Assembly (NCBI RefSeq): GCF_018977255.1
Contig: NW_024704742.1
Span: forward strand, 3,040,001 to 3,104,000
DNA: 64,000 nt
Source of the DNA: Callorhinchus milii
Taxonomy: Eukaryota
Direction of reading: 5' to 3'
The notes below the pieces were generated by a model. It made no database searches and had not been told where the DNA came from. It worked only from the letters and a program-made list of their open reading frames with translations. Of the stretch, positions 25,500 through 38,323 are shown one piece after another (positions within the stretch are counted from its first letter, which is position 1; each line of letters begins with the position of its first letter). The translations under genes were made by a program, and so were the position numbers.

Positions 25500-25900
25500 A
25501 ACTACTAATAATAGTCTACTAATAATAGTCATCATCCTTGCATTTATACCCCTTTTCATGTCGTCGTGATGGCTCAAAGCGATTCACGGGATGTCCAGTA
25601 ACTGTGTATATTTTTGGTGGGCGAATGTGGCAGGCAAATTCCGCACAACAATGATCCACAAACAGCCATCGGGTAAGTGACCACTTTTATCTGGGAGATT
25701 GTTGGCAAGGACATTGGCACCAAAGTCCCTTCTCTTTATGAATAGTGCCATGGGATCTTTAACGTCCACCTGGATGAGTAGACGGGAACCGAGGTTAACG
25801 TCTCATCGAAGGACCAAGCTTCCAAAATGCAGCACATCCTTGGCAGGGCATCCAGATTGTCAGCCTGGACTATATGGGTTCTAAGTCCACACGAACCCAA
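25500..25900 (-). mobile_element. Deu-domain SINE
   Basis: Minus strand TTCGATGAGACGTTAACCTCGG...GGTGGACGTTAAAGATCCCATGGCACTATTC. Confidence 0.82.
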
Positions 25901-26764
25901 AACCCATAACTCATGGATCCTCATAGGTAAAAATTCCATTCAGTGTTGTGCATATTGTACAGCGATGTCTGATTAGCAATGGGATTTCCCATCATAAGCT
26001 GGTGCTGCAAATGCCACCGTCAATACGTTAAATAGAATCTTTGCCCTCATGTCTAGACTTCCACATGCAGAAGAATGGCCATTTGTGTGAAGTACCAGAA
26101 GATAGCAGGTGCTTGTGAAATGGTACTCTACCCCAGTGCCTTTGGGGATGGTGGAGAGGGAGAGAAGCTAATAGACTTTTCTGAAGAGGGAAAAATAAAA
26201 TTGTGGTTCCACGGCACCACCACCACTGTTGTACTTTCTTCTAGCAGTGGATAGCAGCAGATTTTTCTTTCCGATTCAGATTTTTATAAGAATGTCATGT
26301 GGGAAGCATTTCATTGGCATTAGGAAGCAACACCTATATTTTAATTTAATTTTAATTATGTTTAACTTTGAATTTTAATAAGCCAATGTCTGTAGAAATT
26401 AGCATCTTGGAATAGTGACAAAAAGAGCCACACTGGTATCTATAGCAAATCAAATTAATCAGACGCAATTGGATATTTTGCTGTTTATTATGCCTATTCA
26501 CACCTGCATTTACTGGGTAAATAAGGATAAATACTATTGAAAAATAACCCATATATGTATATAGACAAAGGTAAAATGTGATACAAATTAATGTCAATTC
26601 AGATTTACATTGGTAGCAGTATTTTAAAGCAGTTTACTGTTCAACCTGTCCTCTCAGTGCTCCACCTCCATCACTCAAAGAGTAAACGATTGAATGACAC
26701 ATAATATTACACTTGGCTGGCATGCAATTCCTAATTCATGAATTTAAACATAGCTCATACTGTA

Positions 26765-27085
26765 AGGCCTTAATGAAGGTCTTCTCTCTCTATTGGATAT
26801 ATGAGGACAGTGTGTAGGTAGGTTTGGGAAATCTCAAGCCAGTTTGTAGTGGGTGTGGGTCCCTCATCACACTGCCCTTCATTCAGCATTTCCCCAGCAA
26901 TCTCGCTCGGAGTTAGCTGATGTGGAAATGCACAGAATCACGCAAGTACAGTTAGGTGCTGCCCTTTCTGAGGTTGGGACAGAAACACATTGTTGGGGCA
27001 AAGCCAATGGTGTGTTATTCAGCTTCTAACCACAGCGTACTTGACCTAGGACCCGAGAAAGGCCTTCAAATTTCCCAGCACTAAC
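26765..27085 (+). mobile_element. LF-SINE-like relic
   Basis: Ordered blocks TCTCAAGCCAGTTTGTAGTGG...CATCAC, GCAATCTC, ACACATTGTTGGGGCA and GTACTTGACCT resemble the recalled LF-SINE body. A related 3' piece lies at about 39065-39300 (minus). Confidence 0.55.
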
Positions 27086-27189
27086 AATGACGTACGTGTA
27101 CACAATTAACTTGAAAAAAAGGTCAAAGCAATTAATTAAAATGGAAATTACGAAACAGGCTTGAAAGTGGTTCAGCTCCTATTATCTCC

Positions 27190-27390
27190 AAATTGCTGTG
27201 GTCTGGCAAGCTTTTCCACTGCTCGACCAGCTCGGACTACCCTACCCATTAGGGCTTTGGCGTGCAGGATTAACAAGAGCTGAGGTGGGACGACTTCAGT
27301 GACTGGTCTGCCCTTCCAGGTCTTGCCGATGAGCCAGGCTGAGCTTGTGCTGTCATCAGCAGTCTGTGGTACATGATTGAGCTGGTTGTA
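27190..27390 (-). repeat. Unclassified repeat fragment
   Basis: AGGGCTTTGGCGTGCAGGATTAACAAGAGCTGAG...GTGACTGGTCTGCCCTTCCA...CCGATGAGCCAGGCTG. Confidence 0.78.
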
Positions 27391-28207
27391 CTTTGGAATA
27401 GGGGATTTTACGCTGACTATAACACTCCATTAACACACAACGCTTTGTTCTTTGTTCCATTGTGGAACCCACTCAATCATCTGCTACATCCTCATTAGCC
27501 CTAATAAGCTATGCATGAAGGCAACATCATCCACATTGTGCACATTGTTACGTGATCCAGCCCCTCTTTCTCTCTGAGGTTGTCTTCTTTGTTCTGACGC
27601 ACGTCTCTTGGGCCACTTGATGCTACGTCATTGTGTTCCACTGCGAACATCTGTTGCTGTCACGAGATATCGCAACCCTTGCTTCCCGTTTCCAATCGCC
27701 TCTGCTGATCGCACGTATAAACACATCAGAGTCAAGCAGCAACTCACAGCTCCCAAAAGGCCACACGCTTTGTGTGAAATTCCTGTCTCTTGTGTTGCGT
27801 TTTGTCGAGAACAGAAGCGGAAACATCACTGTCCTTCAACATAGATGGGTCTACTTTTCCGACACAGATAATAGGAATTGGCTGCAAAGAAGTTGCTGCT
27901 CGAAATGGGTTTAAAATGGATTTCTCATTATAAAGACATAACAGAAGCATCGCCGGTCTTAACGGGTTGCAAATGTCAGCCAGGGTTTTAATCTTAGTGT
28001 GTACTTCAAGACCCAACCCATCATCGCTACCCGCACAACAACATCATTTGGTGTCTGCGAAAATAATTTCAAGCTTCCACTCATAGCTGACTGGTAATCA
28101 GTTTTCAACAAACACCCTGGGGACGAGGGTTTGGCAAAGCCTTCCAATTGAAATCAGTAGTATTGCTGGAGTCTGGCCACTGAGAGGAACTGTGGCCAGA
28201 CTCCAGG

Positions 28208-28330
28208 TACTGCTGGTAAACAGAGGCGTGTGGAGTAAGGAAATCTGCCCAAAATTTTGCCCTGCCGGGAATCGAACCCAGCTCTCTCGCTTGCGAGGCG
28301 AGTGCTCTAACCACTGAGCTGCAGGACTCC
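28208..28330 (-). mobile_element. tRNA-Ala SINE head and start of body, 3'-truncated
   Basis: Intact head with CGC loop; breaks at TACTGCTGG next to a 15-bp inverted repeat. Confidence 0.9.
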
Positions 28331-29139
28331 CCGTGTATTTTAGGAGACCTAGGTTTTGAGGCCACCTCCAGTAGGGCTGTGGTATCAAGAGTCGGCCTGA
28401 CATAGAGGTATTTGTTTGTCCGTTGGCCACACGGTAATGACTCCGCTGTTTCCAAGAAGAGTTCTTAGCCACAGTCAACAAAAGGTTGCAGTAAAGCGGT
28501 ACTGGTCCAGTTCAGGAAACTCTGCAGAAAGCAAGCAGATTTGCACTGGATTCAAAATGGTGAGTTCACACTTGGTCAATAATCATTCAATACTTTGTCA
28601 ATAATTACTCAATACTTTCAGCTCAAGACTACCAGCAAACTCTTGCAGCTGATTTATGGACCTGCTCTTTAGTGAGTTTTAACCTAAACCTAGGCTTTAA
28701 TTGTTACCTGACTTGCGGAACTCAAGGCTATATTTAACTGCGATGTTATGCAATGAAAGGGCACAATTAACCAGTTTTCAGCAACAGCAGTTGTTAACAT
28801 TTCCTCCAACTGCAGTAAACACCCCATAAAACAGAGCTGTTGCAGTACTTTCTGTTTATTTCACATAAAGCAGCAAGCAGTTTATCTCAGAGACACATCA
28901 CGTCAGGGTTTAGAGCTCACAGCTCTTGTAGCAGCAGTTGCGTGATCTTGCCAAGCCTCCCACTTCACAGGCGTAGGAATGCCTGCAGCCCAATCCATAT
29001 GGCAGGTCTTACATGTCTTCCCCTCTTACAGCTAAACCAGTTGAAACCACATGGATTTAACACGCTTAAGGGAATAAAAGCTGGGTGACTACCCGGTTAG
29101 GCACAGGTTTGGGGGCTTGTAAGGACGTAGAAAAATAAA

Positions 29140-29560
29140 GAACTTTTATAGCACATAGAACACTGGGCCATCTCAAAGGGCTTCATGGTGAGTGCCGTTC
29201 TTTTTAGTGACTGCATTTTGTAAGCAAAGCAGCAGCTATTATGCAAACAGCAAAATCCATAAAAGCCAAGGAATGAATAATTAATCAAAGTGGTGAATTG
29301 TTAGACAGGATACCGGGAGAAACAGAAAAAAATTCTTTTTGAAATAATCTCATGGGAACTTTAACATCTACCTGAAGAACAGACAGACAGACAGACTTGG
29401 TTTAAAGACTCCTCCAAAGGACAGCACCTTCAATAATCCAACAAATTCTCCCAGGTTCTACAACACAGCGTCAGCCTAGACTGTGAACTAATGCCCTGAT
29501 GTGCAACTTGAACGTAGAACCTAAGTCAAAAGCGAGAATGCTCCCAACTGAGACAAGCTG
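29140..29560 (-). mobile_element. Degraded Deu-domain SINE
   Basis: Minus-strand head CTCAGTTGGGAGCATTCTCGC, core and tail remnants. Confidence 0.7.
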
Positions 29561-30131
29561 ACAATATGAACCAAACTGACTGTACAAATAGTGCCAGTAG
29601 GATGATACGAGGGATTTGGGTGCATGGCTAAACCATACTTTGCATCACTGAAGTATGTGTCGAACAAACAAAAAAGGTCTGCCAAAAATCTTTGACGCAA
29701 GCCTTTGAAAATGTTAGTCATCGAGGAACTTTCTTTACGCACTTCTGGCAAAATATTCAGTCGATGCTTTACATTATTTAGAACAGCGGCAGAGAGAAGT
29801 GGCATGCCCTTCTTCTCTGACAGTCTGCGATGGTCCATGTTCCTTTCAGAGAATCTTGCAGCACAGAAGCGGCCATTTAACCCATCTTGCCTGTTTTATG
29901 ATTCATAATTTTTGATTTTGCAATCAAGTGCTGGATGATTTGTATAAAGAGTACAGCCAGCACCGCCGTGGGGCTAACACCTTTGAACAGCTTGCACTAT
30001 ATAATCATAGGAACAGCGATGCCTTACCCTAAAACAAAGATTGTCCCGAATAATGTCGGTGAAGACAAACATATTTTGAAAACAATCTAAATTGTTCGGA
30101 AGGTAATTTTGGAAATTGCAGTCTCAACACG

Positions 30132-30290
30132 AACAACAACAACAAGATTTCATTTATAGAGCGCCTTTCACGTCGGGAGGACGTCCCAAGGCGCTGGACA
30201 GTTGGGTCAGGACCCGAGCATTGGGGGGAAATGGTCAGGGTGAGGGGAGGGAAGGGAGGGAGCGAGGAGGGGGAAAGTTTTACTTTAAAA
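30132..30290 (-). mobile_element. L2 3' UTR and tail
   Basis: Perfect AGCGCCTTGGGACGTCCTCCCGACGTGAAAGGCGCT and (TTG)n on the minus strand. Confidence 0.88.
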
Positions 30291-30492
30291 GATGTCTGTT
30301 CTGNTTTTTACATATTGTAATCAGAGAAATAAAGATGTATCTCAGCAGGCTGGCATTGCTTTTTTTCTTTGATAGTCTTAAAGATAATCCTTGGATTTGG
30401 CGTAGCACCTTTTCATCTTATTCAAACGTCTCAAACTACTTCACAGAATTTTACTCCAAAAGTTTACTGAAGTCACTGTGCCTTTATAGGCA

Positions 30493-30821
30493 AATAATAT
30501 AATAATAATAATAATCCTTGCATTTGATATAGCGCTTTTCACGTCGGGAGGACGTCCCAAAGCGCTTCACAGAACACACTGTAAAGTGAATTGACTGTGT
30601 ATTTGTGGGCGAACGCGGCAGCCAATTGCGCACAGCAATGTCCCACAAACAGTCGTAGATTGAAAATGACCAATTTATTATTGTTTTTGGTTTTGGAGGG
30701 ATTATTATTAGGCTCTGTGTGGAGTAAGGAAACTTGCCCAAGGTTTCGCCCTCTGCCTGGAATTGAACTCAGGTCTCTCGCTTGCAAAGCGAGTGCTCCA
30801 ACCACTGAGCTACAGGACTCC
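30493..30821 (-). mobile_element. tRNA-Ala-derived SINE, short subfamily
   Basis: Reverse complement matches 43687-44008 with few differences. Confidence 0.93.
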
Positions 30822-32098
30822 ACAATAATGTCCACATAATGTCTTTATATATATATATATATATACATGTACCACATTACAACAGCTTGCATTTATATAG
30901 CAATTTTTCCCGAAAGATCTTGTCTCGGAGGACTTGACAATGATGTGGTCAGATGTTGAGCAATAGAGAGGGGTTGAGAAAGATGAAAATAGGAGTGTTC
31001 GAAGAAGTCGGTTTATAGGCAGAGAAGTAGGTTTTTACAGCTTGCAAACCAGAAATGCTAAATAACTTACGGGACTTAGCAAAGGCTGAGAAGGGAATTA
31101 AACGCATATAGTAGTAAATGGTGCCATCTCTACCTATTATCAGTTCCTTACTCTAAGGAAGCTTCACTCTATTAGTAGGATTTGTGCTGGGTGACAGGCG
31201 ATTATCTTCTTAAAATGAGCATTTTTCATCGCTCTAACCTCTCCCCATCCTGTAACCGTGATTAATGGTTTGGGCTAATTATTTCCTCAGAAAAATAAAT
31301 TGATAATCATTGCAACACTAATGAATGGCCATGTTCTTGATGTTGGGGAATCACAGCCTGTGCTGGTAGCAGACTGCAGTGATCCACATGGCTGCTCACT
31401 GATCCTGATTGCAGCTGACACTCTCAGTTATTAAGACATCAATGGCCTAAAATCCAACGCCCGGTACTGGGCATAGCACTACCGTCTCTTTCTGACGTTC
31501 TCTTATTTTCTTAAAATTGCAAGGTGTTTTCATCCATTATTTCGTTCTGAATATGGGTTGTGACCGGTCTACGTTGAAAACCATTGCACTTTGCCCCTGG
31601 TCAATCATATCATGAAAAGAGCCCCTTCGAATGGTTGACAAGAGCATTTGAGTCCATCCATTTCTGACGCACCAAATAAATACACAGCTCCAAATTTTTG
31701 TTGCCATTTTTAATACGGGCCAGCGATACGGTATAAAGCACTAATAAAGCTGCTTCTTAGACTTGTACATCATTGCGCACTTGGTCAGCTCCGTTGTAAG
31801 AGCATTTCACAGTAAGAGCGCACAGCTCGCTACTTCACGAGATTCTGTTTTGTTCTATTTCTCTCCTAAATGATTCAACAGTTTTCACTTCACAATTATT
31901 ATGCCACCCCCTGCCTGCTTAAGCAAAACAGAGATGACTTATCTGTATTTTCATTGCGTAAGCACAATAATTAACTGGTTACAGCGAGAGATGCTACGCA
32001 ACAATACCCAGCTGCTGTCTCCAGGTATTTGCTGCTCGATATCTGCTGCTTTCCTGCAGTCAGTCCTCGGGAAGAAAGGACCCAGCCAATGCTGCCTG

Positions 32099-32240
32099 AG
32101 TGTGCGTGTGGTGCGGGTGTATGGGTGTGTGAGTGTATGTGTGTGTGTGTGTGTGGGGGGGGGGGGGTGGTTGGTTGGGAGGGGTGCGGTGGGGAGGGGC
32201 TGTTAGAAGACCGTGTTTCCTGGGGTGGCGGGGTGGGTGA
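32099..32240 (+). repeat. (GT)n microsatellite followed by G-run low-complexity tract
   Basis: Imperfect then pure GT repeat, a long G homopolymer and multiple GGG/GGGG runs. Confidence 0.9.
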
Positions 32241-32904
32241 TAATGCAATTAATTTATGTGCAAACCACATCGCAGTATAATGCACCACATTACACTGTAG
32301 TGACCACACAGTGCACCACACACGACCATAGAAATCTGCATCCAGCCCCTCATGGTTGTGTTGACTCTTTGAAAGAGCAATTCATCCAATCCTATTTACC
32401 TGTATTTTCCTCCAATATCCATGCAATTCACTTCTATTTACATTTCTATCTAGTTCCCCCCTTGAAAGCTCCTTTGATAATTATCTAAACGTCAGTCAGT
32501 TACGTTACAATGCACCTATAATGAAAGGTAACATCCGTCACCGCCACAGGGCACCATCTTTCCCAGAAAATCTGTCTAATTTTTACTGGAATTATTTCTT
32601 TTTGTGTCTTTAAGTGTAGCGTAACCTCCCTTTTCGACCATGCTTACGGTCACCTCCCTCCCCACCTGCTCGGAGTCAGGCTCCGCCACTGTTAAGCGCT
32701 CTGAGACGCTACCCTGCACGGAGGGCGCTTATAAGTGCAAGTTGTTGTTGTAGCTCTGGATCATTGGCCTGACTCCCATACAGGAAGTGAAACAGAGCTG
32801 AGTAACAGTATTCATGTTGGAATTCCTGAGATCCATCACACAGAGACTAGATGCTAAACACTGACCTAGTTTCTAACAGGTCTACAAAATACATGTTTAA
32901 TTGT

Positions 32905-33430
32905 TATTTGGTGAGCCGGATTACTGTGCTTAAGAATATCCAAACCAAACTAAGAGTTCCTTGGATGCCACGAACACATGGAAATTCCTGTAAATTGGAA
33001 TGGATTGCACACTCTCTCCCCGAAGGCACACATTCTACTTACCTAATTCCAGAGAATATTTGGCACAGGTTAGCGAGAGCCAGGGTTTGGGGCCCCAGAG
33101 TGCGCGTTGGGGGTTCTCCTGGAGGGGAACCAGTTGAAACTGTTGAGAGCGCTGCGTGGCAATCTACCCGCTGCTTGTCCAACCTAGTCATTAGAGCTTT
33201 AGCTTGCTGGGTTAACAGGAGCTGAGTGGAAATAATCCCTGTCCCTAGTGACCTGTCTAACCAAATTCTACCAATGAGCCAGGCTGGCTGGTCTCTCATC
33301 AGCAGTGCCTTGGAGTACCGTGGACCTGCTTGGCTCAGCTACTGGATTACCAAGATCATCGCAGATGGTGGGCTTGATTCTGTCATTCCAGTGCCCAGCA
33401 GGTCACCAGGAGTTAGCTCAGCTCCAAGAT
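32905..33430 (-). repeat. Unclassified repeat copy
   Basis: TGCTTAAGAATATCCAAACCA, CCAATGAGCCAGGCTGG and CTCAGCTCCAAG match the family in reverse. Confidence 0.82.
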
Positions 33431-33670
33431 CCCATGGCACGATTTTAAAAAGAGAAGGGAGTTTCTGGTGGCCAATATTCCCCTAGTTGAAACTATTGAT
33501 CTTTCACTTCATAGCTGTTCGTAAGACACTGCTGTGTGCAAATTGGCTACAGCATTCGCCTACAAAATACAGTCACTGCACTTTATAGTGAAACCCCGTG
33601 AAGCACTTTAAGCCATCGTCCTGACATGAAAGGATTAAATGCAAATGCCAAATGCAAGGATTATCATAAT
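33428..33670 (+). mobile_element. Deu-domain SINE, 3' half
   Basis: AAGATCCCATGGCACGATTTTAAAAAGAGAAGGGAG...GCTGTGTGCAAATTGGCT...tail. Confidence 0.8.
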
Positions 33671-34479
33671 TGCATCCAAATGTTCCTTTTTTTAAAAAAT
33701 CGTAACGAACCATTTGTAATGCGGTAAGTTACATGAATATATAAACCCTTAAACGTTTCCGGTAGTGTTCACTAATTAAGTAATCCCTGAGAAAAATCCT
33801 GCAGAAAAGCATACTTTGTGGTTTTTCATTAACTCTGCTCGTTGACTAATGTATCAAAGGTCGGTGTGGCTAGGGCAAGTCTTCATCTGGCTCCATTTAC
33901 CATTTGTTTGAAAGCATTGCATTGCCTCAATTGTTCGGCTGTGTGAAAGAGTTTCTCTCCTGGTTTGCAGCCACGTGTAAATGGCGCGCCTAATTAGCTG
34001 GATTTATACTGGTCTGGAAACTTGCTTTGGTTTTATAATACACGACAATACATCGGTCCACACAGAGCTAGTGATGGCTTTCCTCACGTGCAGTAAAGCC
34101 TCAAAGCTTCAGAAATGCGGGATTGAAATTTGCTCAGGTCACAGGGATGTCTATGATCGAATTAATACGGTCTGTACATCTAAATTAGATCTAATTAACA
34201 TGATGTTTCAATCTGTTTCTTTTCACATCGCAATCCAACCCACTCTGGTTTCACAACCTGCCAGTTCTTTTCCCCGCGTGTGTCTTGCTGTGTCGCACAG
34301 GCAAAGCAGAAGTCACCTCATGAAAAGCCAAAATGGAAAACCAAAGAAAATAGCCATTTCAAAGCATTCCCTCTGTTATTTGCACTACGACATCAACAAG
34401 TTAAGAATGTTTAAAATATTTATTGCGGATAGCATCAGAATATCTCAAAGTCGTTACCGTGTCGGTGACCGTAAGGAAA

Positions 34480-35075
34480 TTTGGTAGCCACTTTGTGTGC
34501 AACGGGGTCCCAGAAACAGCAATGAATGAATGACCAAATTATCCAGTGAATTGTTGGTAAGGACCCAAGAGCAACTCCCTTGTCTTTTCAAATAGTGCCT
34601 CTGAACAGGTAGACGGGTACTCAGTTTAATGCCTTGTCTGAAGAAAGGCATCCCTGGCAATGCAGCATTGGCCTGGAGTATCAGCTTAGACTTGACGCTC
34701 ATAGTACTAACTTGGAGCTAACAAGGTCTAGGCTGACACTCTGATTCAGTGCAGGGGGTGCTGCCTTGTGACAGGCATTACCCTTTGGATGAAACATTAA
34801 GCCAAGGTCCCATCTATGCAAGTGGACGCTTTAATGATACAATTCGAAAAGAGAAGGGAGTTTAACCCGGTGTCCTGGCCGACAGTCAACCAAATCAAAT
34901 TGGTTATTCACTTCATGGCTGTTTTGCAGAACATTGCTGTGTGCAAATTGGCTGTGCATATTCACCTACAAGACACCCAGTCACTCCACATCACACCATA
35001 TCCTGTGAAGCGCTTTGAGACATCCTTCTGATGTGATAAGGCGCAATACCAAAATGTAAGGATTATTATTATTTA
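34480..35075. mobile_element. Two Deu-domain SINEs head to head (34480-34700 minus, 34722-35075 plus)
   Basis: Both lack heads and begin near the TCTA(A/G)GCTGA(T/C)ACTC motif, in opposite orientation about 30 bp apart. Confidence 0.78.
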
Positions 35076-37014
35076 AGGTTCAAAATCCGTTAGCCCTGCT
35101 TCAAGTGATTTGACAAAAAAAAATTTCCAAATCGTTAAACACCAGCATATTAACTAGTACTGATTTCAAATTATCTGCACTGCTGACATAACGATAGCGC
35201 TTTGAAAGCTTCACATAATAACATTACTTCTGCAAGAGAGTGGTGGGTAGGATGGTTCTATAAAGGTTTACCTATAATTTCTCATGCTATATTTCTGTTT
35301 ATATCCCTAAACCACTGCGTGTGCATGTGCATAGTCTCTCCTGATTCCCATTTTAATTTGAAGTCAGATCGTGGCTCTGTGGTTAAAAGAGGAATTATAT
35401 ACAGCACCGAAGAAGCCAAGCAACTCAATATAAACGCGCTGACTCTTTTAAGAGGAATCCATTCAGTTCCATTCACCGGCCCTTTTTCCATAACCCCTGT
35501 AATTGACTCCATTTTAGGTATTTATCTCCCTCCTTTTTTGAAAGCTATTATTAACTATTAACTACTGTAGTGCTGAATTAAAATGATCTTTGTCTACCTA
35601 TAAGCCTTGTCGATCTATAATTGTGGGCGTTTCGCCCAAAATCTACGGTCAATCCACTTCAATGTATCCTGTGAAGCGCTTTGTGACGTCTCAATGATCT
35701 GATAAGGCATATCAAATGCAAGCATGATTATTATTATTACTATTATTATTATTATACCATGTGGATTCTGCCTTAACCAATGCTCCCGGCATAGCATTCC
35801 ACAACCTAACTTCTCGGTGTGTGAAAATAGAAGATCCTAACCTCACCATCTGCTTGCAGTGAGTGAGAACCCCTTTTTAAAAAAATAAATGGTTAAGAAC
35901 AATTTTGATCAACTCTGACATTCGTTTGATTTGCTCGTGTCTTTTCCGGCTGGTGGAGAGGTTTAAACTCTGAATGCTGATGGCATCTCCGAGAATGACT
36001 TGGATGGCTGACAATGTCTCACACTATGAGGGAAATGAATTTGCATGCAGATGATCAAAGGTGAAGCACCCTTTGGTTAATGACAGTATCAACGGGTATT
36101 AATTCACTCCTTTATTCTGTCAGAATCAGTACATCTGCCAAACCAGCAGAATGGACGTACTGATTAACAACAATATTTCCTTTTTTTTTCCCCCCTGAGA
36201 AACAGAGAAAATCCGCGCAGGGACGGACTGAAAAAGAATTAATATGTTAAGCGTATTGATATGATTTTCGTAAAGAAGTGGGATGACAATGAAATTCACT
36301 CTGAACAACATATCATCACGGTCATGTCTTCCCTTTGTAAAGAAATCCACTTTGGAGGCTAAGTTGGCAAACGCGTACCTAGTGGTGGTCTTAGGGCTCC
36401 TGTGGGCCCTCTTAACATGAGATTGTGTAGCCTTAGTGTACAAGGAACTGACGAGCCGTAATGTCGCAGTAAACTCTAAACCAGCGTTCAGTTTTCAGAC
36501 GTACCTCTTCAATCATGCCTACAGTCACCTCCCTGCCCTCTGCCTCTGTGTCCAAACCCACCATTGTGCTGCAGACCAAGATACTACCCTACGTGAATGG
36601 CAAGTTGTTAGCGTCGGTGTTGGATTTCCGCTCCATAGTGAGCAGCTCAGATCCCAATATCAAACACAAATTAACAGCAAAAATAATTTGGATTTCAATT
36701 ATTTAAGCAACTTTCATGCCAGGGATGACACATCTCGCAGCACTTCACACAGCTGACTTTGAGCCCGAGCTGTAGGGGAGGAGGAAACTGACTGCACACA
36801 GTAACGAACGTCTTGTCAGTGATGAGCGACAAGCCCGGTTGACACCTTGAATTAATTTGTTTCTTATTTTTCTCTATTTCTGGGAGCTTTAAAGAAAATA
36901 TTATTCCTTAAGCAATTATACTCATTGCAGGTGCTGGTTTGACAGATTGAATTATTTGCTTAGTTTGCACAAGATCAATGAAGAGGTACACTTGATCTCA
37001 ACTTTCCAAAGTGG

Positions 37015-37310
37015 CCACCCTATCTTCCCCCCATGACACTATCTAGCTGCTTATTAAATAAATCCAGTGTCCTGACAAGCACCCTCCCTGGCAACCTGTT
37101 CCAGTTGTTTATTTCTACCTGCGAAAATAAATACTTCCTGGTCTCTGTTCTGAAATTGTCCTTTGCAATTGTAAACTGTGTCCTTTTTGTTCTGCAGTCA
37201 CAGTGCATCTGAAAGTATTGTTGCATTGAAATTGTTGTCAGGAATATGCAAAACCTCACCTAAATGTTAAATCCTCTATTTATGAACATGTTTATAAAGC
37301 TCTGCACCAG
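37015..37310 (-). mobile_element. CR1 3' fragment
   Basis: TKRTQFTIAKDNFRTETRKYLFSQVEINNWNRLPGRV...FNKQLD. Confidence 0.85.
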
Positions 37311-37952
37311 TCTGGCAAGATCAGGGAAACTTTTCTTCCGCTTAACTGTTCTGTGTCACTACATTAGTGCCTAAAACAAGAGGCACTATGTAGATCATAG
37401 ATATAGAATCTGCCCACAACCAAGTAAACTGATCTCTGCTTAGAAAAGGTCTACTTCTGGGCACAAAGATTGCAAATGCAAATTTAAAATTGTGCGAGAA
37501 AATGAGCCAAGTAGAGAGGCAAACAAGAGAATTTCTGTCTGCTTTCATTACCACAGGTCTGCGAAAGGGCATGGAAACCTTTTTTCTTTCATTGAATAAG
37601 TGCTTCTGAACTCAAAGTGATCCAAATTAAAGTATTCATGAATGAATTCAGTGTGGCTCAGTTCAGGCTATTAATTGGGCTTGTCGCTCATTGCCAATAA
37701 GCACTTAGTTAGTGTGTTTAACGTTGGAATGTGAGCTGCAGACAGTGAAACAGGTACAGAAGTATATGCTGGTTTAGAGTGCACTGAGAATATTAGGACT
37801 CATCAAAGCCACACAGGATCTCCTGTGTTATTAATAGCGGTGAGGAAAAGAAGAATTTGCCACAACAATATTTCCCATTACAACAAGAACTCATCTTATA
37901 ATAGCCCCCTTCAAACACAGTAGCTTCTCTGTGTGCTGAACAATGACGCCTC

Positions 37953-38323
37953 ATAATACAATAGTAATCCTTGCATTTGATATTGCACCTTCTCACGTCG
38001 TTCAGATGTCTCAAAGCACTTCACGGATACACTGTACTGTTAGGTGGAATTGACTGTATATTTTGTGGGCGAAACGTGGTAGCCAATTGCACACATCAGC
38101 GTCTCACAAACAGTTGTGGATTGAATGGCTAATTTTTTGGGGGGAGGGAAGGGATTATTACGCCCAAAAAGCAATCCGGTAACAACCGGGTTCCTACTTA
38201 CTGCTAGGTAAACAGAATCGTGTGGAGTAAGGAAACTTGCCTAAGTGTTGCCCCAACCAGGTATCAAACCCAGTTCCTCTCGCTTGCGAGGCGAGTGCTC
38301 TAACCACTATGCTACGAGACTCC
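37953..38323 (-). mobile_element. Full-length tRNA-Ala-derived SINE (long form)
   Basis: Colinear with the other copies from head to tail. Confidence 0.9.

Noticed and set aside
30304..30304. Sequence junctions at the N bases (30304 and 39903)
   Set aside because: These are ambiguous bases or possible assembly joins; adjacency across them is not interpreted.
30539..30835. Near-identical ORFs at 30539, 43683 and 46854 as a small gene family
   Set aside because: They are translations of the same SINE sequence.
33981..34487. Longest ORF in the window (168 aa)
   Set aside because: No recognisable domain or protein-like pattern, and its end runs into a SINE. This length can arise by chance in 64 kb over six frames.
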